Assembly: GCA_029254025.1 (NCBI GenBank)
Contig: JAQWYK010000006.1
Location: forward strand, 7,260 to 71,259
DNA from: Crocinitomicaceae bacterium
GTDB lineage: Bacteria > Bacteroidota > Bacteroidia > Flavobacteriales_D > Crocinitomicaceae
DNA: 64,000 nt
Direction of reading: 5' to 3'
Under the pieces are notes generated by a model that did not search any database, was not told the DNA's origin, and saw nothing but the letters and a program-made list of their open reading frames with translations. The position numbers were made by a program, and so were the translations under genes. Shown piece after piece: positions 9,957-19,800 of the stretch; positions within the stretch are counted from its first letter, which is position 1; each line of letters begins with the position of its first letter.

Positions 9957-12900
9957 ATGATTATCCGAAACGCACTTATATTACTTTGTCTGTTACAGTT
10001 TTCAGCTGTAAGCGCCCAGTATGATCAGTTTCTTGGGAATTTCCCCATTTATAATTTCACTAATGATGATTTTAATTCTCCTGTTCAAATATGGTCGGGC
10101 GTTCAAGCCGAAAATGGGGTGTTACTCTTTGGTAATGACGAAAAAATAATCCGATTTAATGGTATTCATTGGACGTTTATACAGCCAAAAGTAAACGACA
10201 CGGCTTACGATGTTAAGGAGGTCTCCAACAAGAAGGTTTATAAATTGTTCAAATCCTCCAAGGGACAATTATTTGTAGCTCGCAATAATAGTATCGGTAT
10301 AGTTCAGTATGACGCATCTGGAAATCACTTGTATACACCTTTTTACGTTAATGAGAATCTCAAAAATGTTTGGTCGATTGATGAGTTGCCGAATGGAGAT
10401 ATAATATTTGTCAATCAAAATGAACTGATTCACTATCGAGTTTCAGATGGGCAAATCGAATTATTAGAAGTTCCAGAGCTGATGAGCTTGAGCTCAAATC
10501 AATCTACAGCACGAACGTCAAAAGGTCTTATTATTTCATCAACACACATTTTTAATGATTCGTTATTAACGGCAGAGGGAGCGGGTGCTACCTACTTTTT
10601 GAATTATTCTGATTTATCAGTAAAGCGGGTATTTACAGAAGGCGAATTGAAGAATATAGGTTTGAATTTTAGAACCTGTGTTGACATCGGAGGAACGGAA
10701 TACTTGGTAGATCAAAACCGTGGATTGTTACCACTATCTTGGGAAGGTTCAGCGTACAAGATAGGTGATAAAAAAGCAGGGAAATTTAAAGACATTGATT
10801 ACGTAATTAGTGACGCAACTGTGCACAAAGGAATTCTATGGTTGGCAACAGAGAAGGATGGAGTTGTTTTAGTCAGCCGTTCTGGAGAAGTAATTCGTGA
10901 ATTTAGCATGCAGGAAGGTCTTCAAGATCATTATGTATTTTCTTTATTTTTTGATGCCATCGGAAATTTATGGTTAATGCTGGACAATGGTATTTCGGTG
11001 ATTGAATTTTCATCAAACGTGGTCTACTGGGATAGAAATCAAGGGGCTCCTGGAAAAGTTGAAGCAATTGCCTCTGATGCATCAAAAGTTATTCTTGCCT
11101 CGCGATCGGGTATCTTTATCTCTGAGCGAAATAACAATCGGATTGTTTACAATCCAGTTAAATCAATTTCGGAACAAACTTATGACGTTGCAGTGGTTGC
11201 CACTGATTACGGAAAGCGAAGATTGGTTGTTGGCTATAACGGTGTTTATGAGCTGCGCGATGATCTTACATTAGATTCTATTGGTAATGGTCTATATGCT
11301 TGGAAATTATACCAGAGCCCAACAGATCGCAATAAGATTTATGTGGGAGGAGAAGGGTTTTTAGGATATTTCAAAATCACTGAGCGAGGTTGGAGTTACG
11401 TTAATTTGGAATATTTAGACACCGAAATTCGATTTTTCACTTCTCATGAAGACAAAGTTTATGCAAGTGTACAAGATTATGGTTTATACGAAATTAATGA
11501 AGGCGATGAGATTACTCGTATTCCAGTTCCTGGTTCGGATAACCTTAAGAATTCTCACTTTACTTTAGCAGTTTATCGGGATAAGGTCTATGCTGGTTCA
11601 ACGAAAGGATTATTTGTACTTTCGAATGGGGTGCTCGAAGCGGTTTTACCAAAAGGACTGGAATACAATCGAGATTTCACAAATATTCACCGATTATATC
11701 AAGTTCCGGACGATTCTAAATTATGGGCAATCGTAAAGATAGAAGATAATGTAAGTATTAGTATAACAGAAATAGGTTACTTCATTGATAAAGAGGGTTT
11801 TGGTGTGGAGTTTGTAAATGTAAAGAATAGGATTCTTGAGAAGGGAGTGATTCGCGATATTGTTCAAGTCAATAACTTATTATACTTCGGTACCGATAAA
11901 GGTCCATATGCCTTAAATACTGAACAGTTTAAAGAGGGGATTGGTGATTGGAATGTGTACATCGACAAAATTGTTGTGAATGATACTTTAGCACTCAATA
12001 TACCTGAATTCTCTCAAAAGTTCATGCCAATTTTATCAGGATCGGATATTCGATTTAATTACACTGCAGACGCTTTCTTTAATGGTGGCGACATAGAATT
12101 TAGAACTCGTTTGATTGGATTTACAGATGAATGGTCCAATTATGAACGGATGAGTTTTAAGGTTTATGAGAAGCTTCCGCATGGAAAATTCACGTTAGAA
12201 ATTCAAGGTAGAAACCAATACAATCAAGAAAGTCAAGTCTATCAGTTTACCTTTGAAGTAATGCCTCCTTGGTATTTAACCTGGTGGGCTTATGTGCTTT
12301 ACGTCCTAGGGTTGATTATTATCCTTGTTGTGAGTTCACGTGTCAGTATTTATCGGATCAAGCAAAAGAATAAGCGATTGGAGGAAATTGTTCAAGAGCG
12401 CACAAAGGAAATAGCAAATCAAAATACTGTACTAGCTAAACAGCGGGATGAAATTACTGCCAAAACAGAAGATATTTTAGACAGTATAAAGTATGCTAAG
12501 CGTCTTCAAGATACTATCTTGCCTTCAAAAGTGATATTAAAGAATTATTTTGATGATTTCTTCGTTTTCTACAGACCCAAAGACATTGTAAGCGGTGACT
12601 TTTATTGGGCGCGCGAAATTGATGGTAAAGTATTATGGTCAGCCATTGACTGTACGGGACATGGTGTTCCTGGTGCGATGGTAAGTATTGTTGGTAATAA
12701 TGGTTTATTGAGGGCTACTGATGAGTTTCAACTTTCTCAGCCAAACTTAATCTTAGATAAGCTGAGAGAACTGGTGCTTGAGTCGTTCAAGACTCAAGGA
12801 GCACATGACTTGAAGGATGGCATGGACTTAGGTTTAGCACGAATTGATAAGGAGAGTCTCGTTCTGGAATTTTCTGGTGCGAATAATTCGTGTGTGATTG

Positions 12901-13238
12901 TTCGTAAAGGAGAGATAATTGAAATCAAAGGAGATAAACAACCGATTGGTGATTTTGAGTTAGCGAGACCTTTTTCCAATCATTCATTTCAATTGGAAAA
13001 AGGGGATAACATATATATATATACAGATGGTTACGTTGATCAGTTTGGCGGGGAAACCCATGAAGCTCGTGCAAATGGTGGAAAGAAGTTAAAGTCAAAG
13101 CCGTTTAAACAGTTTCTATCCGAAATTAGTGATTTTGACATGCCTACACAAGAACGATTGATCAGTGAAAAGTTCGACAATTGGAGAGGGGAAATTGAAC
13201 CGATTGATGATGTTTGCGTATTTGGGGTCAAAGTATGA
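9957..13238 (+). CDS. sensor protein: signal peptide, two-component-regulator beta-propeller/Y_Y_Y domains, one TM helix, C-terminal PP2C/SpoIIE-type serine phosphatase
   Basis: 1093 aa. N-terminal signal peptide, long propeller-like repeat region, a TM segment (WWAYVLYVLGLIIILVV), a coiled coil, then PP2C motifs (SGDFYWAREIDGKVLWSAIDCTGHGVPGAM...YIYTDGYVDQFGG). Confidence 0.75.
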   Translation: MIIRNALILLCLLQFSAVSAQYDQFLGNFPIYNFTNDDFNSPVQIWSGVQAENGVLLFGNDEKIIRFNGIHWTFIQPKVNDTAYDVKEVSNKKVYKLFKSSKGQLFVARNNSIGIVQYDASGNHLYTPFYVNENLKNVWSIDELPNGDIIFVNQNELIHYRVSDGQIELLEVPELMSLSSNQSTARTSKGLIISSTHIFNDSLLTAEGAGATYFLNYSDLSVKRVFTEGELKNIGLNFRTCVDIGGTEYLVDQNRGLLPLSWEGSAYKIGDKKAGKFKDIDYVISDATVHKGILWLATEKDGVVLVSRSGEVIREFSMQEGLQDHYVFSLFFDAIGNLWLMLDNGISVIEFSSNVVYWDRNQGAPGKVEAIASDASKVILASRSGIFISERNNNRIVYNPVKSISEQTYDVAVVATDYGKRRLVVGYNGVYELRDDLTLDSIGNGLYAWKLYQSPTDRNKIYVGGEGFLGYFKITERGWSYVNLEYLDTEIRFFTSHEDKVYASVQDYGLYEINEGDEITRIPVPGSDNLKNSHFTLAVYRDKVYAGSTKGLFVLSNGVLEAVLPKGLEYNRDFTNIHRLYQVPDDSKLWAIVKIEDNVSISITEIGYFIDKEGFGVEFVNVKNRILEKGVIRDIVQVNNLLYFGTDKGPYALNTEQFKEGIGDWNVYIDKIVVNDTLALNIPEFSQKFMPILSGSDIRFNYTADAFFNGGDIEFRTRLIGFTDEWSNYERMSFKVYEKLPHGKFTLEIQGRNQYNQESQVYQFTFEVMPPWYLTWWAYVLYVLGLIIILVVSSRVSIYRIKQKNKRLEEIVQERTKEIANQNTVLAKQRDEITAKTEDILDSIKYAKRLQDTILPSKVILKNYFDDFFVFYRPKDIVSGDFYWAREIDGKVLWSAIDCTGHGVPGAMVSIVGNNGLLRATDEFQLSQPNLILDKLRELVLESFKTQGAHDLKDGMDLGLARIDKESLVLEFSGANNSCVIVRKGEIIEIKGDKQPIGDFELARPFSNHSFQLEKGDNIYIYTDGYVDQFGGETHEARANGGKKLKSKPFKQFLSEISDFDMPTQERLISEKFDNWRGEIEPIDDVCVFGVKV

Positions 13239-13795
13239 GAGTAGATCGCATGTTGAAATACAGCTTAATTCTTTCTGCAGTGATGCTTGCTGCATGCTTA
13301 GGCTGGCTACTGTATGATTATCTTAAGGTTTTATCTTTATTCCCGTATATTGCGTTTTTCACGTTAACAACATATACTTTATTTATTATTCGTCTATATC
13401 TCAATAACCTCAATTACACAAAGTTGAAATTCGTCAATTGGTTTGTGATCAGTTTGTTGACATTGCCGGTGGTCGTTGGATTAACTCAGTTTGTTCAGAG
13501 TGATTTTTACGAAAATTATTGGCCAGTGGTGATTACTTTAATCACTATCCAATCAGTGCTTGGAATAATGGCTGGGTTTGGCTTTTACTCAAACGATAAT
13601 TTCGCTCCTAAAACGGTAAATACCATTGTTCTACTTTTCGGGTTGTTTGGAGTAGGATGGAGTTTTTTAGTACTCTCGAAGTTGGTGGTGAATGATATTA
13701 AACAGATTGTATTTTATGCGCTTGTGCTATTGTCATTGGCCGTTTTTATTGGGAATGTCGTTATATATGTCAAGGAGAAACGCTATTCCAAATAA
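13214..13795 (+). CDS. hypothetical polytopic membrane protein
   Basis: 193-aa ORF with 5-6 hydrophobic segments. Start uncertain (overlaps the end of the upstream gene). Convergent overlap with the NlpC/P60 gene. Confidence 0.45.
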   Translation: MRIWGQSMRVDRMLKYSLILSAVMLAACLGWLLYDYLKVLSLFPYIAFFTLTTYTLFIIRLYLNNLNYTKLKFVNWFVISLLTLPVVVGLTQFVQSDFYENYWPVVITLITIQSVLGIMAGFGFYSNDNFAPKTVNTIVLLFGLFGVGWSFLVLSKLVVNDIKQIVFYALVLLSLAVFIGNVVIYVKEKRYSK

Positions 13796-14709
13796 CTTCC
13801 AAAACCTGCAACGCGTTGTTTCCAATAACTCGAGGTATTAATATCCAGGATCGAAATACCTAGACTCGAGCTTGCATGAATCATTTGTAAGGTACCGTTG
13901 TCTGTCGAATAAACAATTCCTACGTGAGATATACCCGAACCATTATCGAAGAAAACAAAATCACCTGGTTTTACTTGTTTTGCCTTTATTTTTTTAGAGG
14001 AATTATATTGGTCAACAGCTCTTCTGTTAATTTTTTTATCAAGTGTGGTATATAAGACATAGCTTGTGTATCCCGAACAATCAAAGCCTTTTGGGTCAAT
14101 CCCAGCCCATTTGTAAGGTGTTCCTAAGTGTTTTTTTGCTTCCTCTAGAACCATTTTTCGGGCATTTGACAAGCTTGAGGCGTCCACGACTAACATAGGG
14201 TCGGAGATAGTTTCGTCTTCATCGAGCTCATAAATTTCGGGAACTCCGAGAAACAGTTCATCCAAAATAAGTTTGATGCGTTGAAACAATTGGTAATTAC
14301 CTTCTAGTTGCACCACGGATGCCCATTGCTCCAGATCCTTTTTGAGGCTGCTAAGTTCGTAGATGTGCGCTTTGAGAATTTTACGCCCTTCAAAATTTCT
14401 GCGTAATTCCGTCAGAATATCTGTAGCATCGTTTAGTGCATTCTTATTTCGTTTGAGCCAAACTTCATTCTGAGCCAATTGAAGACTCGCCAGTGCTTTA
14501 TAGTATTTCGGTAAATATGAATAGTCAAACTCCGGATTGTCTATCAATCTGTTCGATTTACGCAGCACTGATTTGTAGTGCCCTTGATCGTATCTCATTT
14601 CAAGCATATCAAAATCAATCACTTGAGAAGAGGCGTGAAAGCTCGACAATACTATCAATAGGAATAATAACCGAAGTCGCATAAAACTGATATTTCTACG
14701 AAATAACAA
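13783..14709 (-). CDS. C40 family peptidase (NlpC/P60 cell-wall hydrolase)
   Basis: 308 aa with a signal peptide. The C-terminal domain has the Cys-His catalytic motif ...GTPYKWAGIDPKGFDCSGYTSYVLY...GDFVFFDNGSGISHVGIVYS. Confidence 0.85.
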   Translation of the reverse strand: MLFRRNISFMRLRLLFLLIVLSSFHASSQVIDFDMLEMRYDQGHYKSVLRKSNRLIDNPEFDYSYLPKYYKALASLQLAQNEVWLKRNKNALNDATDILTELRRNFEGRKILKAHIYELSSLKKDLEQWASVVQLEGNYQLFQRIKLILDELFLGVPEIYELDEDETISDPMLVVDASSLSNARKMVLEEAKKHLGTPYKWAGIDPKGFDCSGYTSYVLYTTLDKKINRRAVDQYNSSKKIKAKQVKPGDFVFFDNGSGISHVGIVYSTDNGTLQMIHASSSLGISILDINTSSYWKQRVAGFGSYLE

Positions 14710-14871
14710 AAAAAATGAAGTGGCGAGTTACTCTGTTGTCTCCAACTCTTAACATTGGTGTGTTTATAGTTGAAGAGGCAACATTTAACGAAAATTAAAC
14801 GTTTTACCTGCTGGATTGTATTAAATTCGTATGGAAGTCATTTTTCTTATGACACCAGAAAATTAAAGTGT

Positions 14872-16464
14872 ATGAAAAAAAATAGTTTGTTTCTTCTCGT
14901 TTTTTCGTTAACATCATTTCTTTCTAAGGCACAAGAACAAGTTCAAAAGTTAGGTGAAGTATATAATATCATCAATCATTTGTACGTGGACGAAGTTCCG
15001 AGTGAAGAAATTGGCGACGCTGCGATTGTTGCTATGTTAGAAAAATTAGATCCTCATTCAACCTACATTCCAAAAAGTGAAGTTGAAGGAGCAAATGAGA
15101 GAATTAACGGGAGTTTTGTGGGGATTGGAATTCGTTTTCAATTATTGAATGATACGTTGCTAGTTGTTAATCCAATCCCTGGAGGTCCTTCTGAGAAATT
15201 AGGAATTCGTGCTGGTGATAAAATTATTCAGATTGAGGATGAAATCGTCGCAGGTGTTGGACTTAAGAATGCAGGAGTACGCGAAAGACTACTCGGTGAA
15301 AAAGGCTCAAAAGTAAAAGTATATATTAAGAGAAATGGCGAGTCCGAAATCATGCCATTTACTATTACACGTGACGATATCCCTTTGAATTCTGTAGTTT
15401 CACATTATATGGTGGATTCAAAAACAGGATTTATAAAATTAACGAATTTCTCTAAAACTACCGCCGTTGAGGTATCCGAAGCAATCCAAAGTTTGAAGGA
15501 TCAAGGCATGAAAGATCTGATTTTTGATCTTCAAGGGAATGGAGGAGGCTTGCTTTATGGAGCGAAGTATGTTGCTGATGAATTTTTAGATGACGACAAG
15601 CTTATAGTTTATTCAGAGGGTAGAAGTCAGCCGAAGAGCGTTTTAAATGCTGATAAAAAAGGAGGTTTTGAAAAAGGGAAATTGGTAATTCTGATTGATG
15701 AAGAATCCGCTTCTGCGAGTGAAATTTTGGCTGGTGCTATCCAAGACTGGGACAGAGGTGTTGTTGTTGGTCGTCGTTCTTTTGGGAAAGGGCTTGTCCA
15801 GCGTCCATTGGAGTTGTCTGATGGGTCACAAATTAGATTAACTATCGCACGCTATTATACCCCGTCAGGTCGCAACATTCAAAAACCATATGAAGATAAA
15901 GAGTCCTATGAAAATGATTATCTAAATCGTTATTTGAGCGGAGAAATGATGAGCGCAGATTCTATTAGCTTTCCGGATTCTTTGAAATATCAAACGCTTG
16001 TTCACAAAAGAACTGTTTACGGTGGAGGAGGAATTATGCCTGATCTTTTTGTTCCGTTGGATACGCTCGAATATAGTCCGTATTATAAGAAATTGAGCAG
16101 GGTTGGAGTGTTTAATGATTTTGCTTTGCGATATGTTGAAGAAAATAGAGCGCAAATTAAAGCTGATTACCCCAGTATTCCAGATTTTAAGGATGACTTC
16201 GGAAAAGATAATAAATACATCGATGAATTTATTGCATATGCTGCGGAAAAGGATTCGGCCATTGTCTTTACAGAGGAGGATTATAAAATAAGTGGTAATC
16301 TTATCGAGACTCGGTTAAAAGCATTAATTGCGAGTAATGTTTGGGATTATTCTGCCTTTTATGAGGTTTTTAATATGAAAAATGAGATATTTATGGCCGC
16401 ATATAAGATGCTCTCACAAGGGAAATATGATGATGTTTATTTAACAGAAAATAAAAAGAAATAG
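14872..16464 (+). CDS. S41 family C-terminal processing peptidase (CtpA-like) with PDZ domain
   Basis: Likely start at the internal MKKNSLFLLVFSLTSFLSKAQ signal peptide (track ORF begins 14770). PDZ region and S41 catalytic region (DLQGNGGGLL..., ESASASEILAGA). Confidence 0.85.
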   Translation: MKKNSLFLLVFSLTSFLSKAQEQVQKLGEVYNIINHLYVDEVPSEEIGDAAIVAMLEKLDPHSTYIPKSEVEGANERINGSFVGIGIRFQLLNDTLLVVNPIPGGPSEKLGIRAGDKIIQIEDEIVAGVGLKNAGVRERLLGEKGSKVKVYIKRNGESEIMPFTITRDDIPLNSVVSHYMVDSKTGFIKLTNFSKTTAVEVSEAIQSLKDQGMKDLIFDLQGNGGGLLYGAKYVADEFLDDDKLIVYSEGRSQPKSVLNADKKGGFEKGKLVILIDEESASASEILAGAIQDWDRGVVVGRRSFGKGLVQRPLELSDGSQIRLTIARYYTPSGRNIQKPYEDKESYENDYLNRYLSGEMMSADSISFPDSLKYQTLVHKRTVYGGGGIMPDLFVPLDTLEYSPYYKKLSRVGVFNDFALRYVEENRAQIKADYPSIPDFKDDFGKDNKYIDEFIAYAAEKDSAIVFTEEDYKISGNLIETRLKALIASNVWDYSAFYEVFNMKNEIFMAAYKMLSQGKYDDVYLTENKKK

Positions 16465-16466
16465 AA

Positions 16467-16985
16467 ATGAAAAAAGTAATTCTTAGTGCTATTGTGCTAT
16501 CTATCTTGTTTTCATGTTCCAATGACGAGGTAGTAGGACTAAATCCAACAACGGAAAATGTGAGTTCTAACTTAGCTGCAGGAAATGAATCCGAAGAGGA
16601 ATTGAAAAAAGCGGCAGAATTAAGGGCGCAAGAAAATGCAGCACGTGAGATAGAGTTGGCTGCAACGCAAACGACGATGTCTTTTGATGTTATGGAGCAT
16701 GACTTTGGAATTATTCCAAAAGATACTCCGGTATCCAAGACGTTTGTTGTAAAGAATACAGGAAATAATCCATTAATCATTTCAGATGCGAAGGCTTCAT
16801 GTGGATGCACAGTTCCCAAAAAACCTGAAGCGCCTATAGCCCCAGGAGAAACCGGAGAAATTGAAGTAACATTTACTTCAAAGCCGGGACAAGAAGGGAC
16901 AACGATAAACAAAACTGTTACGGTGACTGCAAACATACCTAATGGTACACAAACCTTGGTTATTAAGGGAAATGTGACAAAGTAG
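16467..16985 (+). CDS. DUF1573 domain-containing lipoprotein
   Basis: 172 aa. Lipoprotein signal (LFSCSN) and the characteristic ...HDFGIIPKDTPVSKTFVVKNTGNNPLIISDAKASCGCT... motif. Starts 3 nt after the ctpA-like stop. Confidence 0.75.
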   Translation: MKKVILSAIVLSILFSCSNDEVVGLNPTTENVSSNLAAGNESEEELKKAAELRAQENAAREIELAATQTTMSFDVMEHDFGIIPKDTPVSKTFVVKNTGNNPLIISDAKASCGCTVPKKPEAPIAPGETGEIEVTFTSKPGQEGTTINKTVTVTANIPNGTQTLVIKGNVTK

Positions 16986-17007
16986 CATCGATAACCTCAA
17001 TTATTAT

Positions 17008-17045
17008 GAAAAGAGGGATAATCTATGTTTGTCCCTCTTTTTTAT
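17008..17045. terminator. rho-independent terminator (hairpin AGAGGGA...TCCCTCT plus T-run)
   Basis: aaaagagggataatctatgtttgtccctcttttttata, read directly from the sequence. Confidence 0.6.
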
Positions 17046-18151
17046 ATCGCTTTTCGAAAATCAGAGAGATAAGAGTTATCCAAGCGTTCAATTGGTTTCA
17101 AATGCTTTCGGATTAATCTCCATTTTTCAGGATATTGCGCTAAAAGAAACGAGATACGCTTTTGATTTTTTTTGACGGCATCAGTAATTGCTGGAGGCGT
17201 TACTGGAGGAGAAAGGTGCAAAGCAACATTTTTTCCATTAATCGCAGAATTCAGTGCTTGTAAATCAGCGGCCGCATCTTCATATCTTTCAAGAAGTTGA
17301 TATACTTTGTCGCTATTACCCGGGATATCTTGATTACTTTTAACCCTGCTTGTCACTGATACACGCTCATTGATGTAACTTCCTAGAATTGTTATTTCTT
17401 GCTCACCGTACATGAGATGATAACCCAACTCAGCAGCACCCTGTAGATGATAATAAATATCTTCAATACCCAATTGTAGTTGTCCAATTCTCTCCACTAA
17501 ATCTGAACTAGGTATAAAAGTGCAATCATAGGATGAACTCAATTTTTCAAAATATTCTACTATTAGAACTTTTAATGAATTCAAGTATAAACGCTTTGTT
17601 TCTTCTAGCGCTTGTTCTAGGTTTTGACGTTTTACCAGTTGTGCTTTTTGGACAACGGCAAAACCCTCCACTAGACGTCTTTCTGAAAGTACCCGATTGA
17701 ATTCACTTTTCACAATGTTTAACAGGAAATTGGTGATCAGCGACTTCTCAGATGTAGACATTCTCGAAAAGGTATTATCCGTGTCTTTCATGACCAACTG
17801 CCCGGGGAAAGTTAAGAGTAGAATATCACTAAGATCATTCTTACTTGATGGAAGATGAACTAATAAGGTAGTGTTCTTCTCTTCGTCATACAACGACTTT
17901 TGGCTAGAATTCGTCGGTTGCTCCAACAAGTTAGGTGATTCCACCCATTGAGTTGTGAATGGTCGCTGTGTCCTTATTTTCTGCAGTTGAACTTGTTGTA
18001 AAGCATCAAATTCAATCTTATCCCCATCCAGAACGAAGAGAAGTTGTTGATCCACTGAATAAATTGCCCCTGTGTGCATCAAAGAAGGAATGAAATCTTC
18101 CAGTCTCGTGAGGATATAATCAATAGGGTGATATGTACCAGCTAAACGCAT
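17042..18151 (-). CDS. hypothetical protein
   Basis: 369-aa ORF with balanced composition and no motif I recognise. Confidence 0.5.
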   Translation of the reverse strand: MRLAGTYHPIDYILTRLEDFIPSLMHTGAIYSVDQQLLFVLDGDKIEFDALQQVQLQKIRTQRPFTTQWVESPNLLEQPTNSSQKSLYDEEKNTTLLVHLPSSKNDLSDILLLTFPGQLVMKDTDNTFSRMSTSEKSLITNFLLNIVKSEFNRVLSERRLVEGFAVVQKAQLVKRQNLEQALEETKRLYLNSLKVLIVEYFEKLSSSYDCTFIPSSDLVERIGQLQLGIEDIYYHLQGAAELGYHLMYGEQEITILGSYINERVSVTSRVKSNQDIPGNSDKVYQLLERYEDAAADLQALNSAINGKNVALHLSPPVTPPAITDAVKKNQKRISFLLAQYPEKWRLIRKHLKPIERLDNSYLSDFRKAI

Positions 18152-18867
18152 TATTAAGCAAATATATTAAGTTTTACTTAATTATTAAGAAAATTGTTAC
18201 ACTTAATATTCAAATTCAATACTTTATCTAGGGAAATAGCTTAATCCTATAAAGTCCGAATTATTACATCAATATATTTGTATTCAAAGTAATACAATAG
18301 AAAATTATGACATACACATTAACACAGGAGGAACAAAAAGTATTAAGTGATATTAAGTCGGACTTAATAATTTTGCAACGCAGTATTCTGCATTGGTTTT
18401 TACTATTGTTTAAATACAGTTGGACAACGAGTAAACTATTCGTTTTTAGTTTGGAAGAATTCAGTTTGAAAAACATACGAACACATGGAGTGGGAGAGAT
18501 ATTGTATCAACGAGCATTACGCTTTTTCGGATTAAATGATAAGGAGGCAAGTGCTAAAAAACAACAATCTACCCAAAAAAATAAGCGATCCACCCATCCT
18601 GTACATGGCACATCCTTCAAAGTAGCTATTAGGCTAATCGTATTAGGTGCTATTCGTGTATCTAAACGGCGAGATTCTCGAAAAAAAAGAGGGAAAAATG
18701 TATACATTGAAAAATTTACGTAAGTACTTAAATAGCAAGCATTTAAACATGTTCTTCCGACTCATTTAATTGAAATGAATGTATAGTAATGTAACTTTTT
18801 TATATCAAAATGAAACTTTGTAAACACGCAGGGCGTAATAAGCTTACGAATTTGATAAACTTAAAAT

Positions 18868-19056
18868 ATGAATACGATGATCACAAATACAGTTACACTC
18901 GCTAAGAAGCAATTAGAAATGCATGCACAACAAGGTTCGAATAGCCCGTTAAGTATTTTTGAAGTAGCACGGTTACTGGACATGGTGAGAGCGACTGCAG
19001 ATAATACAGAAATAGCCAATCAGAATAACATGGTCGTTGGTTTCTCCATAAATTAG
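18868..19056 (+). CDS. small hypothetical protein (62 aa)
   Basis: ORF MNTMITNTVTLAKKQLEMHAQQGS... followed 35 nt downstream by a strong terminator. The surrounding 1.2 kb is AT-rich and otherwise non-coding. Confidence 0.4.
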   Translation: MNTMITNTVTLAKKQLEMHAQQGSNSPLSIFEVARLLDMVRATADNTEIANQNNMVVGFSIN

Positions 19057-19090
19057 GTGTTAATAGTTTAGTTTTTTTATTGTTTGATAA

Positions 19091-19119
19091 AGAGGTGACT
19101 TCGTTCACCTCTTTTTTTG
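19091..19119 (+). terminator. rho-independent terminator
   Basis: agaggtgacttcgttcacctctttttttg: 8-bp stem AGAGGTGA/TCACCTCT plus T7. Confidence 0.7.
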
Positions 19120-19410
19120 TATCTATTATTCAAAGATTTCTTATTAAGAAGATTTCAATGAGTTTCTTAATGAAACACATACTTGCAAGTTATGTGTCAG
19201 CTCCGCTAGGGGATAGAGCCTAATCATGAAGGACTCTTAGTAACTGACAATATTAGATGACAAATAGCGTATGTGGTTAAAGCGTAGGTTAGATGATCTA
19301 AAATAATATTACAATTATAACATTATAAGTTTTAATGTTGGAAATAAAAATATACTCATGTGAACCGTATTGCTGAGATATTTATTACATTTGTAATAGT
19401 TAAAAGAGTT

Positions 19411-19800
19411 ATGAGTATACAAAATAGAATTAAAATGGTTATTAAGATGCATAATTTAACAGCATCAGCTTTTGCGGATAAAATTGGCGTTCAGCGTTCC
19501 AGTGTATCACATATTTTGACCGGTCGCAATAATCCAAGTCTTGATTTTATTGAAAAGACGCTCATTAATTTCCCCAGGGTTAATGCAGATTGGTTGATTA
19601 TGGGGAAAGTTGGAGGTGTGGAATCAGAGAATCTACAGCTCGTTCAAACTACAACCCATGAAGATCTCAAGAGTAAGGAGGTTAATACTAAAGAAACACA
19701 TATCGGTCAACCAGAGAAGCGCTTAATCGAGCGTGTAATTATTTTTTATGATGATGGCACCTATGAAGAAACGATCCCACTAAGCGCTAATGCTGAATGA
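19411..19800 (+). CDS. XRE-family helix-turn-helix DNA-binding protein
   Basis: HTH region ...NLTASAFADKIGVQRSSVSHILTGRNNPSLDFIEKTL.... The track ORF starts earlier at GTG 19360; ATG 19411 (MSIQNRIK) is more plausible. Confidence 0.7.
   Translation: MSIQNRIKMVIKMHNLTASAFADKIGVQRSSVSHILTGRNNPSLDFIEKTLINFPRVNADWLIMGKVGGVESENLQLVQTTTHEDLKSKEVNTKETHIGQPEKRLIERVIIFYDDGTYEETIPLSANAE

Noticed and set aside
18264-18723. ORFs 18264..18476(-), 18307..18723(+) and 18507..18707(-)
   Set aside because: They overlap one another in AT-rich low-complexity sequence (Lys/Asn/Ile-rich translations). None has a recognisable motif, so they are probably non-coding.
18152-19360. Possible RNase P / tmRNA / SRP RNA in the large non-coding stretch
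   Set aside because: I looked for the conserved GAAAGUCCGGGCUCC (RNase P), tmRNA 5'/3' ends and SRP domain IV motifs and did not find them.
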